A stretch of 64,000 bases of DNA from Candidatus Chisholmbacteria bacterium RIFCSPHIGHO2_01_FULL_52_32. Lineage in GTDB: Bacteria; Patescibacteriota; Microgenomatia; UBA1400; Chisholmbacteraceae. Shown one piece after another: positions 1-8,427 of this stretch (its first letter is position 1; the number at the start of each line of letters is the position of its first letter). The translations under genes were made by a program, and so were the position numbers. The notes under the pieces are model-generated. The model ran no database searches. It was not told the DNA's origin and saw nothing but the letters and a program-made list of their open reading frames with translations. Location of the stretch: assembly GCA_001816585.1 (NCBI GenBank), contig MHCJ01000003.1, forward strand, positions 778,681-842,680, given 5' to 3'.

Positions 1-69
1 GACCTTTTGGTGTTTGGCAAGGTACGCATTTCTGATTCTTGTGGCAAAGTCTCCAATTGTGTCAATCAT
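1..69 (-). CDS. rpsH: 30S ribosomal protein S8, N-terminal fragment (gene continues beyond window start)
   Basis: Reverse complement of 1-69 translates to MIDTIGDFATRIRNAYLAKHQKV, matching the S8 N-terminus (..DPIADMLTRIRNA..). Position immediately downstream of rpsZ fits the spc operon order. Confidence 0.6.
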   Translation of the reverse strand, partial: MIDTIGDFATRIRNAYLAKHQKV

Positions 70-127
70 AAGATAAGAATAGGATATAGCCTGCCTGCCG
101 GCGAGGCAGGGGTATAGGGTTCTGTTA

Positions 128-313
128 TTACCATGATGCTTTGGTGACTCCCGGCAATTCTCCTTTATGGGCAAGTTCTCTGAAACAGAGGCGGCAAATT
201 CCGAACTGGCGGAGGTAGGATCTGGGTCTGCCGCAAAGCTGGCAGCGGTTGTGCTTCCTTGAGGAAAATTTCGGTTTTCTCTGATCTTTGAGGATTTTCG
301 ATTTTTTTGCCAT
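128..313 (-). CDS. rpsZ: 30S ribosomal protein S14, type Z (zinc-binding, 61 aa)
   Basis: 61-aa ORF with [20 protein letters not shown] CxxC..CxxC motif; sits between rplE and rpsH as in spc operons. Confidence 0.9.
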   Translation of the reverse strand: MAKKSKILKDQRKPKFSSRKHNRCQLCGRPRSYLRQFGICRLCFRELAHKGELPGVTKASW

Positions 314-395
314 CGTTTGACTCCTTCGATTCCTTCGACTCCGCTCCCTTCGGTTCCACTCAGGGCAAGCAGGACTAGTTATCCTTCGACTCTGC

Positions 396-1001
396 TCAGG
401 ACAAGTTATCCTTCCTTCGCGGAATTCTCCTTTCGTCAGACAGTTTACCCTTAGCCAATTCTGGCTTGGCGAAGGGCATGCCTAATAGCTCCAATAGCCG
501 CATTGCCAGTTTGTCTTCTTTCGCTGTGGTCGTGATTGTTATTTCAAGACCTCGGGTTTTGCTGATTTTATCATAACTTACCTCTGGAAAGATGAGCTGT
601 TCTGTTACCCCCAAAGAGTAGTTCCCATGTCCGTCAAAGGCCGTTTTTTTCGTTCCTTGGAAATCCCTTACCCTGGGGAGGACTATTGTTACCAATTTTT
701 CAAAAAAATCATACATCCGTTGTCCACGCAATGTGACCTTAAGGCCAATCGGATCGCCTTCTTTTATTTTGAAGTCCGCGATAGCTTGTTTTGCCCTGGT
801 GATAACCGGCCGTTGACCGGTTATGACTGCGAGTTGTTCAGACATTTCTTTGAGGGCTTCCTTTTGGCCCTGCGGTTCATTTATTCCAGTATTCAGGAAA
901 ATGGCTTTAAGCCTCGGAGCTGCAAGCTCATTCTTCACTCCAAGCTCTTTTTTTAGGACCGGAATAATTTCTTTCTGGTATTTTTGTCTTAATCTATTCA
1001 T
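396..1001 (-). CDS. rplE: 50S ribosomal protein L5
   Basis: 201 aa; typical L5 sequence (..[19 protein letters not shown]..), conserved operon position. Confidence 0.95.
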   Translation of the reverse strand: MNRLRQKYQKEIIPVLKKELGVKNELAAPRLKAIFLNTGINEPQGQKEALKEMSEQLAVITGQRPVITRAKQAIADFKIKEGDPIGLKVTLRGQRMYDFFEKLVTIVLPRVRDFQGTKKTAFDGHGNYSLGVTEQLIFPEVSYDKISKTRGLEITITTTAKEDKLAMRLLELLGMPFAKPELAKGKLSDERRIPRRKDNLS

Positions 1002-1008
1002 CGTTTTT

Positions 1009-1317
1009 TCAAATATTGGCCTTACACTTCCGGCAAATTCTGGTCTTTCCTCCTGAAGTTTCCATTTTGTACCCTACTCTTGTGATTTGCTTGCAGGTTG
1101 GACAAATAAGGGCGACGTTTCCCATGGGAAGGGCTCTTTCACGGTCAACAATGCCTCCCGGTTTTCCCTGGCCCCTGGCTTTGACGTGTTTTTTATATTT
1201 ATTTACCCCCTCAACCAGTACTCGCATCAGGCGCGGATCAACTTTTTGCACTTTTCCCGTCTTTCCGCGATCTTTTCCGGCGGTGATTTTGACTATATCT
1301 GCAATCTTTAGCTTCAT
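1009..1317 (-). CDS. rplX: 50S ribosomal protein L24 (KOW domain) with C-terminal CxxC...CxxC motif
   Basis: N-terminal KOW motif MKLKIADIVKITAGKDRGKTGKV; C-terminal CPTCKQITRVGYKMETSGGKTRICRKCK. Confidence 0.9.
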   Translation of the reverse strand: MKLKIADIVKITAGKDRGKTGKVQKVDPRLMRVLVEGVNKYKKHVKARGQGKPGGIVDRERALPMGNVALICPTCKQITRVGYKMETSGGKTRICRKCKANI

Positions 1318-1348
1318 AGCTTTCTTTTTCCCGTCTGACTATCCCTCT

Positions 1349-1723
1349 TTAGATAACTTCCGGCGCAAGTGATGCAATCCGGGTAAATCCAGCATCTTTT
1401 ACTTCTCTTGCAATCGGACCGAAGATCCGTGAACCTCTTGGATTTTTGGTCTCCAGCGCGTCGATCAGTACACAAGCGTTGTTGTCGAACCGAATGTAGC
1501 TCCCATCCTGGCGTCGGTATTCTTTCTTGGTCCTGACGATCACCGCCTTGACCACTTCTCCTTTTTTGACTTGCCCCTGAGGGTCGGCGACGATAACGGC
1601 GGCTGTTATCATGTCACCAACGTGCGCAAATTTTCGCTTAAACCCTCCATGAATGTGGATGAGCCGAAGCAGCTTGGCTCCCGTATTATCCGCTGGTTTT
1701 AGGACTGTACGCAATTGAACCAT
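1349..1723 (-). CDS. rplN: 50S ribosomal protein L14
   Basis: 124 aa, [17 protein letters not shown]... is canonical L14. Confidence 0.95.
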   Translation of the reverse strand: MVQLRTVLKPADNTGAKLLRLIHIHGGFKRKFAHVGDMITAAVIVADPQGQVKKGEVVKAVIVRTKKEYRRQDGSYIRFDNNACVLIDALETKNPRGSRIFGPIAREVKDAGFTRIASLAPEVI

Positions 1724-1729
1724 CGTTTA

Positions 1730-1972
1730 TTACTCCCTTCCTTTTTGCTCCAGTTTCCCGACAATTTGCCATCGTTTCCGCTTACTTCGGGGCCTGGCTT
1801 GGGCAATTTTGACCTGGTCACCGACTTTGACCCCAATCTCATCATGAGCTAGGTATGTTTTCGTTTTCGTGACGATCTTTTTATACACCGGGTGACGCCA
1901 AGAACGATCGACCTCTACTTTAGCCGTCTTGGCCATTTTTGTCCCCGTGACTTTGCCGATTGTTACCCTCAT
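1730..1972 (-). CDS. rpsQ: 30S ribosomal protein S17
   Basis: 80 aa, GKVTGTKMAKTAKVEV..HPVYKK pattern of S17. Confidence 0.9.
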   Translation of the reverse strand: MRVTIGKVTGTKMAKTAKVEVDRSWRHPVYKKIVTKTKTYLAHDEIGVKVGDQVKIAQARPRSKRKRWQIVGKLEQKGRE

Positions 1973-2181
1973 ACTTTCCTTTTTGCGAGCTGCTTTTCTC
2001 GAATAAACGTCTCCAGTATTGCGATTTCTTTCCGTTTCTTTGCGTAGGTATGAAGGTCTTTGAGTTTGCCACTTTCTTTTTGCATACGGAGATTGATGAG
2101 TTCTTTCTTAGATTCCTCAGCCTTTTTTTTCAGCTCTTCTAGGGTTTGCTCGTAGAGTTTTTGTTTTTCGTTCTTCTTCAT
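1969..2181 (-). CDS. rpmC: 50S ribosomal protein L29
   Basis: 70-aa Lys/Glu-rich helical protein between rplP and rpsQ; 4-nt overlap with rpsQ. Confidence 0.85.
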   Translation of the reverse strand: MKKNEKQKLYEQTLEELKKKAEESKKELINLRMQKESGKLKDLHTYAKKRKEIAILETFIREKQLAKRKV

Positions 2182-2189
2182 TTTTTTCC

Positions 2190-2597
2190 TTATTCCCGCT
2201 TTACAAATCTTGTCCGCACCGGCAATTTGTGTGCAGCTCTGCGGAAGGACTCTTTGGCTACCGCCTCCGTTACTCCTCCAAGTTCGAATATCACGCGTCC
2301 TGGTTTCACTGTTACCACGTACTGATCAATATCTCCCTTTCCTGAACCCATCTTCGATCCCGGAGCTTTGCGCGTAACCGGTTTGTCCGGGAAAATGCGA
2401 ACCCACATCTTTCCTGTCCGCTTTGTCTGATGGGCAATGGTACGCCTGGCGGCTTCTATTTGACGCGAGGTTACCCATCCGCGAGTCAGGCTCTTTAGAC
2501 CATACTCACCAAAATCCACATTGGCTCCTCTTCCGGCAACCCCTTTCATTGTGCCCCGGAATTCTTTCCGGTATTTTCTTTTTTTCGGCTGTAACAT
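2190..2597 (-). CDS. rplP: 50S ribosomal protein L16
   Basis: 135 aa, MLQPKKRKYRK..GTMKG.. canonical L16. Confidence 0.95.
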   Translation of the reverse strand: MLQPKKRKYRKEFRGTMKGVAGRGANVDFGEYGLKSLTRGWVTSRQIEAARRTIAHQTKRTGKMWVRIFPDKPVTRKAPGSKMGSGKGDIDQYVVTVKPGRVIFELGGVTEAVAKESFRRAAHKLPVRTRFVKRE

Positions 2598-2600
2598 AGG

Positions 2601-3260
2601 CTATGTCGTCTGTTTTTCTCCTTTATAAATCCATACTTTCAACCCCACATATCCAGATTTCGTAAAGGCGGTCACTTGGCTATAATCAATGTCGGCGCGG
2701 AGTGTTTGAGACGGAATTGATCCTTGGCTGTATTTCTCTCTTCGGGAGATTTCTGCACCTGCGATTCTGCCTGAAAGGACAATCTTTACTCCCCTAGCCC
2801 CGGCGCTCATGACGCGTTCTATCGCCTGGGATACCGCGCGCCTGTGAGGATACCTTTTCTCAAGTTGTTCGGCGATCCTGGTGGCCACCAGCCTGGCTTG
2901 GAGGTCCGGATCTTTGACTTCTACGATATCGTCAATGACCACCTTCTGGCTCTTTGGATCGTTAGGGTTAATACCCAACACGTTCATCACCTCACCCTTG
3001 AGCTGCTCAAGCGCAGTTCCTCCCCTGCCTATCACCACACCCGGTCTTGAGACATTGAGAATAATCCGTATCGCATTGATTGACCGCTCGATCTCCACTT
3101 TCGTAATTCCGGCAAGCTCCAACTTTTTCATGAGAAAGCGTCGGAGCTTGACGTCCTGAAGTACCTGTTTGGCGTAATCGCGTTTGTTGGCAAACCAGCG
3201 CGATCGCCAAGTGTATAAGTTTCCGAGTCGAAACCCGAATGGGTTAACTTTTTGCCCCAT
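2601..3260 (-). CDS. rpsC: 30S ribosomal protein S3
   Basis: 219 aa, MGQKVNPFGFRLG.. plus KH domain, canonical S3. Confidence 0.95.
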   Translation of the reverse strand: MGQKVNPFGFRLGNLYTWRSRWFANKRDYAKQVLQDVKLRRFLMKKLELAGITKVEIERSINAIRIILNVSRPGVVIGRGGTALEQLKGEVMNVLGINPNDPKSQKVVIDDIVEVKDPDLQARLVATRIAEQLEKRYPHRRAVSQAIERVMSAGARGVKIVLSGRIAGAEISRREKYSQGSIPSQTLRADIDYSQVTAFTKSGYVGLKVWIYKGEKQTT

Positions 3261-3627
3261 CTTTTAATCCTTTCTTTTGGTCCGTCTTACTTTCTTCTGA
3301 TTTCAGAATGATCGTAATATGCGAAGTCCTCTTCTTTATTGCATGTGCTCTCCCCCGACTCACCGCATTCCAACGCTTGAGCGTTGGTCCCGCACCAACA
3401 GAAATTCTTTCGAATCGGAGGCTCTCCTCACTGAGGTTTGCATTCTTTACGGCGTTGGCGACAGCTTGTTTTATCGTCTTTGCTAAAGGGATGGAGGCAG
3501 TTTTTCGAATAAACTGTAATTTCTCTATTGCTTGGTTTGGCTTCAAGTTCCTAATGGCATCGGCCACCAAACGAATTTTTCGAGGGGATATGCGAATATA
3601 TTTTTGCTGGGCCTTTACTCGTATCAT
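3244..3627 (-). CDS. rplV: 50S ribosomal protein L22
   Basis: 127 aa, ..IRISPRKIRLVADAIRN.. canonical L22; 17-nt overlap with rpsC. Confidence 0.9.
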   Translation of the reverse strand: MIRVKAQQKYIRISPRKIRLVADAIRNLKPNQAIEKLQFIRKTASIPLAKTIKQAVANAVKNANLSEESLRFERISVGAGPTLKRWNAVSRGRAHAIKKRTSHITIILKSEESKTDQKKGLKDGAKS

Positions 3628-3646
3628 GCTTTCCTTTGACTACTTT

Positions 3647-3931
3647 TTATGTCTTTGTCAGAAGCCTCTTGACCATCCTTCCGTGCCCATGGAATGTCCG
3701 GGTCGGAGAAAATTCTCCCAATCGATGCCCCACCATTGCTTCCGTAATATAGACTTCTTTAAATAACTTTCCGTTATGGACAAGAAAAGTATGCCCGACA
3801 AATTCCGGAGGAATTTGGCTGTCCCGTGACCAGGTTTTGATCGGCTCCTTGTTTCCTGTCTCTTTCTGTCTCTGCACTTTGATCAGGAGTTTTTCATCAA
3901 TAAATGGTCCTTTTTTACTCGAACGGCTCAT
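3647..3931 (-). CDS. rpsS: 30S ribosomal protein S19
   Basis: 94 aa, [22 protein letters not shown].. canonical S19. Confidence 0.95.
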   Translation of the reverse strand: MSRSSKKGPFIDEKLLIKVQRQKETGNKEPIKTWSRDSQIPPEFVGHTFLVHNGKLFKEVYITEAMVGHRLGEFSPTRTFHGHGRMVKRLLTKT

Positions 3932-3956
3932 AGAGGCTGGCTCCTTTATTCTCTTC

Positions 3957-4796
3957 TCACTTTTGTCTTCTATCTTTGATGATGAATCGGTCCGAATACT
4001 TCCTGTTCTTTCGGGTTCTCTTACCTAAGGTTGGTTTTCCCCACGGGCTTTTCGGTGATGGCATGCCAATTCCGGAGCGGCCTTCTCCGCCTCCATGGGG
4101 ATGTGCTGCCGGATGCATTGCCACACCTCGTACAGAAGGACGAATTCCCCTATGGCGAGTTCTTCCGGCTTTGCCGAACTTCACCGTCTTCCACTGTTCA
4201 TTTCCCACCTGACCGACGGTTGCATACGCGCGAAGGCTTATGAGCCGTTCTTCCCGACTCGGCAGTTGAACTGTCGCAAAGCCTTGTTCCTTTGACTGGA
4301 TAAGGGCTGCCACTCCCGCTCCCCGTACCAGCTGTCCTCCTTTTCCAGGATGGACCTCGATGTTGTGGATGGGCATCCCGACCGGAATCTTAGCCAGTGG
4401 GAGAGCGTTTCCCACTTTGATCTCGGCGTCTTCTCCGGAAGACACCCAATCGTTCACCTTCAAACCTGCGGGAGCGAGGATGTAGCGTTTTTCCCCATCC
4501 CGATAGTAAATTCTGGCGATATTGGCGCGGCGCAATGGATCGTACTCAATGGCAACGACCCTTCCCGGTATACCACTTTTGTCCCTTTTAAAATCAATAC
4601 GGCGTATCAGTTTCTTCTGCCCTCCGCCCTGATGGCGAACCGTGATTTTTCCTGTTTGGTTTCTTCCGGACCGCTGTTTTATCGCTCCCATAATAAGCGA
4701 TTTCTCCGGATCTGAATTCGTGATCGTTGTTTCTCCCCGCAGGTCGCTGCGGTGCCTTGTTCCCGGACTGGTTGGTTTTCTTTTGATGACAGGCAT
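3957..4796 (-). CDS. rplB: 50S ribosomal protein L2
   Basis: L2 signature (..HPHGGGEGR..). Start set at the ATG giving MPVIKRK, preceded by GAGGAGGG SD; the ORF-track start 4826 is an upstream in-frame extension. Confidence 0.95.
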   Translation of the reverse strand: MPVIKRKPTSPGTRHRSDLRGETTITNSDPEKSLIMGAIKQRSGRNQTGKITVRHQGGGQKKLIRRIDFKRDKSGIPGRVVAIEYDPLRRANIARIYYRDGEKRYILAPAGLKVNDWVSSGEDAEIKVGNALPLAKIPVGMPIHNIEVHPGKGGQLVRGAGVAALIQSKEQGFATVQLPSREERLISLRAYATVGQVGNEQWKTVKFGKAGRTRHRGIRPSVRGVAMHPAAHPHGGGEGRSGIGMPSPKSPWGKPTLGKRTRKNRKYSDRFIIKDRRQK

Positions 4797-4809
4797 CGGT
4801 TCCCTCCTC

Positions 4810-5103
4810 TTAAGACTTTGTCTCAAATACCTCTATTTTCTGACCTTCCTTAAGCTTAATGACTGCCTTCTTCCGGTCATGCGTTCTCACCGTATGACGG
4901 AATTTTCCTACCCGGTGTGTTTTTCCGGAAGCCTTTGCAGTATTGACTGCTATGACCGTGACGCCAAAGGCAGCTTCTACCGCTCGTTTGATCTGTCCTT
5001 TGCTCGTATGATGTTCCACTTCAAAAGTGTAGCTTCCGCTTGAGGTTTTGATCATCGATTTTTCCGTAATGGTGGGACGTCTTAACACGTTTAATCGTCT
5101 CAT
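4810..5103 (-). CDS. rplW: 50S ribosomal protein L23
   Basis: 97 aa, conserved operon position between rplD and rplB. Confidence 0.9.
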   Translation of the reverse strand: MRRLNVLRRPTITEKSMIKTSSGSYTFEVEHHTSKGQIKRAVEAAFGVTVIAVNTAKASGKTHRVGKFRHTVRTHDRKKAVIKLKEGQKIEVFETKS

Positions 5104-5897
5104 GATCGTGTTTTCCTTCCCTGCCTTTTTTGTCCGGTTTCCCTTTTCTTTGTGTTTCTGGTGTTTTTTCCCTGCTTTGTTCTTCGTACTGCTTTCTCAA
5201 TTCTTTCCGGTTTGAAGGCTTGAATTTCCTGCTTTTTCCGCGATTGTTTACCACCGGACTTTTCTGTCGTTCCTGTGTATATCTCTTCCATCGAGGGCAG
5301 GGCACTTTTCGGGACTACCATCATTCCTCCAGTTAAGATGTCGTAGGCATTCAGCGACTTTACCGATAGGAGATGCATCCCTTTTACGTTTCTTGCACCC
5401 CGTATGATCGAGTGGTTTCCCTCCGGTACGATGATCGATATCCGATTGACATCGCCTGCCACCTTTTTGAGGATTTTTTTTATCTTACTCGTTTTGGGTT
5501 CCACTTCCTCGAGTCCGTCCACCACCACCAGTTCTTTCTTCTCAAGCTTTTGGCTTAATGCAAAAAGGAGCGCCTTTCTCCGCAGGCTTTTTGGGAACTC
5601 CATTTTGTAGTTTTCTTTTCCGGTTGGGCCATGGGCAACACCACCGCCGACAAAAATGGGGGCTTGGGCATCACCATGACGGGCCCTGCCAGTTCCTTTT
5701 TGCCGCCAAATTTTCCTTCCGGACCCTCGGACCTCACCGCGCGTCTTTGCTCTGGCTTGAGCACGGCGCTTGTTGGACAAATATATCCGTATTGCAAGGC
5801 TAAGAAGCTTGAGATTTCCGGTTGCCACAAACATTTCCTCGGGAAGATTTATTTTCCCGACCGGTTCTCCTTTGGTATTAACGACTTTGACTTGCAT
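5100..5897 (-). CDS. rplD: 50S ribosomal protein L4, with about 60-aa Lys/Arg-rich C-terminal extension
   Basis: 265 aa; L4 core (..GSGRKIWRQKGTGRARHG..) followed by a basic low-complexity tail. Confidence 0.9.
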   Translation of the reverse strand: MQVKVVNTKGEPVGKINLPEEMFVATGNLKLLSLAIRIYLSNKRRAQARAKTRGEVRGSGRKIWRQKGTGRARHGDAQAPIFVGGGVAHGPTGKENYKMEFPKSLRRKALLFALSQKLEKKELVVVDGLEEVEPKTSKIKKILKKVAGDVNRISIIVPEGNHSIIRGARNVKGMHLLSVKSLNAYDILTGGMMVVPKSALPSMEEIYTGTTEKSGGKQSRKKQEIQAFKPERIEKAVRRTKQGKNTRNTKKRETGQKRQGRKTRS

Positions 5898-6627
5898 CGG
5901 CTGGTGTCTCTCCTTCTATCACCTGGTTGGTTTTCATATCTTCTGCCTCTTTCTTCTCAAGGTGTTCAGACTCTGCCTCTATCCCTGGAAATTTTTTGCT
6001 TTCTCCGACTTTCTTGATGATCAAGAGTCCTTTTCTTCTCCCCGGAACTTGCCCAGTGAGCCAAATCTCTCCGCTCGGGTCCACTTTGACAATCATGAGA
6101 TTTCTTATCGTCACGGTTGCATTCCCGGATCTTCCCGCCATCTTCTTGCCTTTGTAGACGCGTCCGGGGGTGGTGGTTTGTCCAATTGATCCAGGCGCAC
6201 GCTCCCTGTCTGACTGCCCATGGGTCCGTGGCCCTCCCTTAAATCCCCAACGCTTTACCACTCCCGTAAAGCCTTTTCCGAGGCTTTGGCCGGTGACGTT
6301 TGCTAAGTCTCCGGGCTTGAAGAGCTTATCGACGGTGATCAGGTCTCCGACGTTTACCTTGTCCTCCTCTCTAATCCTCAGTTCCCTCAGGAACCGTGGG
6401 ATACTCTTGATGCCTTTTTTCTGCAACTGGCCCAAAACAGCATTGCTTGGGGCGCGTTTTCTTTCACCCAGGCCTACCTGAATGGCCAGATACCCATCCT
6501 GACTTACCGTTTTTACCTTCGTTACCAGACAGGGTCCGGCTTTGACGATAGTGACCGGAATGCGTCTCCCGTCCTTTAGGAACGTTTGCGCCATTTGTTC
6601 CTTTGTCCCAAGGATTGCGTTGAGCAT
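5878..6627 (-). CDS. rplC: 50S ribosomal protein L3, with acidic C-terminal extension
   Basis: 249 aa; L3 core; C-terminal about 35 aa (EAESEHLEKKEAEDMK...) overlaps rplD start in another frame. Confidence 0.9.
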   Translation of the reverse strand: MLNAILGTKEQMAQTFLKDGRRIPVTIVKAGPCLVTKVKTVSQDGYLAIQVGLGERKRAPSNAVLGQLQKKGIKSIPRFLRELRIREEDKVNVGDLITVDKLFKPGDLANVTGQSLGKGFTGVVKRWGFKGGPRTHGQSDRERAPGSIGQTTTPGRVYKGKKMAGRSGNATVTIRNLMIVKVDPSGEIWLTGQVPGRRKGLLIIKKVGESKKFPGIEAESEHLEKKEAEDMKTNQVIEGETPADASQSR

Positions 6628-6671
6628 ATTCTAATTCCTATCCTTCTTCTGTTTATCTCATTATGAGCAAT

Positions 6672-6694
6672 AAAAAACGATCCGGATGGATCGC
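6672..6694 (-). terminator. Intrinsic-terminator-like hairpin (6-bp stem CGATCC/GGATCG, 4-nt loop, U6 tract on the minus transcript) inside the 176-bp rpsJ-rplC spacer
   Basis: Plus strand reads AAAAAA-CGATCC-GGAT-GGATCG; on the coding (minus) strand the hairpin is followed by TTTTTT. Confidence 0.45.
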
Positions 6695-6803
6695 TTTTCG
6701 AGGCTTTCCGTCCTGTCTTTTCTCTTGTGTTCAGCCTGTTTTCTGGTCCCCCAAATCTCCCTCCTTTAAGGAAGATGAGGATGCGATTTGATCATCCTTT
6801 TCT

Positions 6804-7112
6804 TCACATCTTGATTTCGATTCCTACTCCGGCGGGCAGCTCCAGATGCATGAGCGAATCAATGGTTTTCGATGTCGGTTCTTTAATATCGATAAGGCGC
6901 TTGTGTGTAAGGATTTGAAAATGCTCCCTGGCGTCCTTGTCGGTATGCGGACTGGTTAATACCGCGAGCATCTTTCGGTCCGTAGGCAGAGGAACAGGAC
7001 CGACCACTTGCGCTCCTGTTGCTAGTGCAGTCTCAAGGATTTTGGCCGCTGCCTCATCGATAACTCGATGATCGTACCCTTTTAAACGTACGCGAATTCT
7101 GCCCTTCGGCAT
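6804..7112 (-). CDS. rpsJ: 30S ribosomal protein S10
   Basis: 102 aa, [19 protein letters not shown].. canonical S10. Confidence 0.95.
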   Translation of the reverse strand: MPKGRIRVRLKGYDHRVIDEAAAKILETALATGAQVVGPVPLPTDRKMLAVLTSPHTDKDAREHFQILTHKRLIDIKEPTSKTIDSLMHLELPAGVGIEIKM

Positions 7113-7136
7113 ACTTCTTTTTTCAATTCAAACGAA

Positions 7137-7170
7137 ATGGGCAACGTCATTGCCGTTGCCCATCTTTTTT
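7137..7170. terminator. GC-rich palindromic hairpin (10-bp stem ATGGGCAACG/CGTTGCCCAT) between tuf and rpsJ; perfect T-tract on the plus side, imperfect U-tract (UUCGUUUG) on the coding minus side
   Basis: Read directly from sequence; lies 3 nt downstream of the tuf stop codon. Confidence 0.4.
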
Positions 7171-7173
7171 ATC

Positions 7174-8373
7174 TTAGGCGATGATTTTTGTAATGACTCC
7201 TGCGCCGATGGTGTGGCCGCCTTCTCTTATGGCAAACCGCAGGTTCTGCTCCATGGCGACTGTTTGAATCAACTTCACCATCATCTTGGCACTGTCGCCA
7301 GGCATAACCATCTCGACTCCTTCGGGGAGCTTGATTTCTCCCGTGACATCCGCAGTGCGGATGAAGAATTGCGGCTTGTAGCCTGAGAAGAACGGTTTCT
7401 TTCTTCCCCCTTCTTCCTTCGAGAGGATGTAGACCTCAGATTCGAATTCGGTATGGGGGGTGATTGACCCGGTTTTCGCGAGGACTTGTCCCCGCTCGAC
7501 TTGTTCTTTCTCGATCCCCCTAAGGAGGATTCCCACGTTGTCTCCTGCTTGGGCCTCATCAAGCGTCTTTCTAAACATCTCTACCCCTGTCACCACCGAT
7601 TTCTGGGTGTCGCGGAGTCCGACAATCTCAATCTCCTCATTGACGGTGACTTTGCCCCGCTCAACCCTTCCGGTGACAACCGTTCCCCGTCCTTTGATAG
7701 AGAACACATCTTCTATGGAGAGAAGGAAAGGTTTCTCGATATCCCTTTTGGGGGTGGGGATGTATTCATCCACCTTGTTCATCAGCTCAAGAATTGCTTT
7801 TTGAGCCTCTTTATCCCCTTCGTAGGCTTTGAGAGCAGAGCCTCGGATGACGGGGATCTCCTGACCGGGAAAGTCGTATTTCGTTAACAGTTCCCGGATT
7901 TCAAGCTCCACCAGATCAAGAAGTTCCGGGTCGTCGACCGCATCGACTTTGTTTAAAAATACCACGATCGCCGGCACATTCACCTGGCGAGCCAAGAGGA
8001 TGTGCTCTCTGGTCTGGGGCATCGGTCCATCGGTTGCGGCAACGACCAGGATTGCACCATCCATCTGGGCTGCACCCGTGATCATGTTTTTAATGTAGTC
8101 GGCGTGTCCCGGGGCATCGATGTGCGCGTAGTGTCGTTTTTCCGTTTCGTACTCGACATGCGTAATATTAATCGTCACCCCTCGCTCCTTTTCCTCCGGA
8201 GCGTTATCAATGTCATAGAAATCAAGAGACTTGGTTTTACTACCCGGAAGGCTGGCTAAGGTTTTGGTAATCGCCGCTGTGAGCGTCGTTTTTCCATGGT
8301 CAACATGACCAATGGTTCCGACATTGACATGCGGTTTGGTGCGTTCAAATTTTTGCTTGGCTGCTTCAGCCAT
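7174..8373 (-). CDS. tuf: Elongation factor Tu
   Basis: 399 aa, [22 protein letters not shown] motifs. Confidence 0.97.
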   Translation of the reverse strand: MAEAAKQKFERTKPHVNVGTIGHVDHGKTTLTAAITKTLASLPGSKTKSLDFYDIDNAPEEKERGVTINITHVEYETEKRHYAHIDAPGHADYIKNMITGAAQMDGAILVVAATDGPMPQTREHILLARQVNVPAIVVFLNKVDAVDDPELLDLVELEIRELLTKYDFPGQEIPVIRGSALKAYEGDKEAQKAILELMNKVDEYIPTPKRDIEKPFLLSIEDVFSIKGRGTVVTGRVERGKVTVNEEIEIVGLRDTQKSVVTGVEMFRKTLDEAQAGDNVGILLRGIEKEQVERGQVLAKTGSITPHTEFESEVYILSKEEGGRKKPFFSGYKPQFFIRTADVTGEIKLPEGVEMVMPGDSAKMMVKLIQTVAMEQNLRFAIREGGHTIGAGVITKIIA

Positions 8374-8427
8374 GGCCCCTCCGATAATACAATTAATAAT
8401 TAATGCTGGTCGATTTCCGAGTTTTTC

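Noticed and set aside
69-127. Short hairpin (CCTGCC-GGCGA-GGCAGG) between rpsZ and rpsH
   Set aside because: Could be an S8 autoregulatory binding site analogue, but it is only a 6-bp stem in a 58-nt spacer and rpsH is truncated by the window edge; insufficient evidence.
5021-5305. 94-aa minus-strand ORF overlapping rplW/rplD in another frame
   Set aside because: Alternative frame of the basic L4 tail region; no start-site support.
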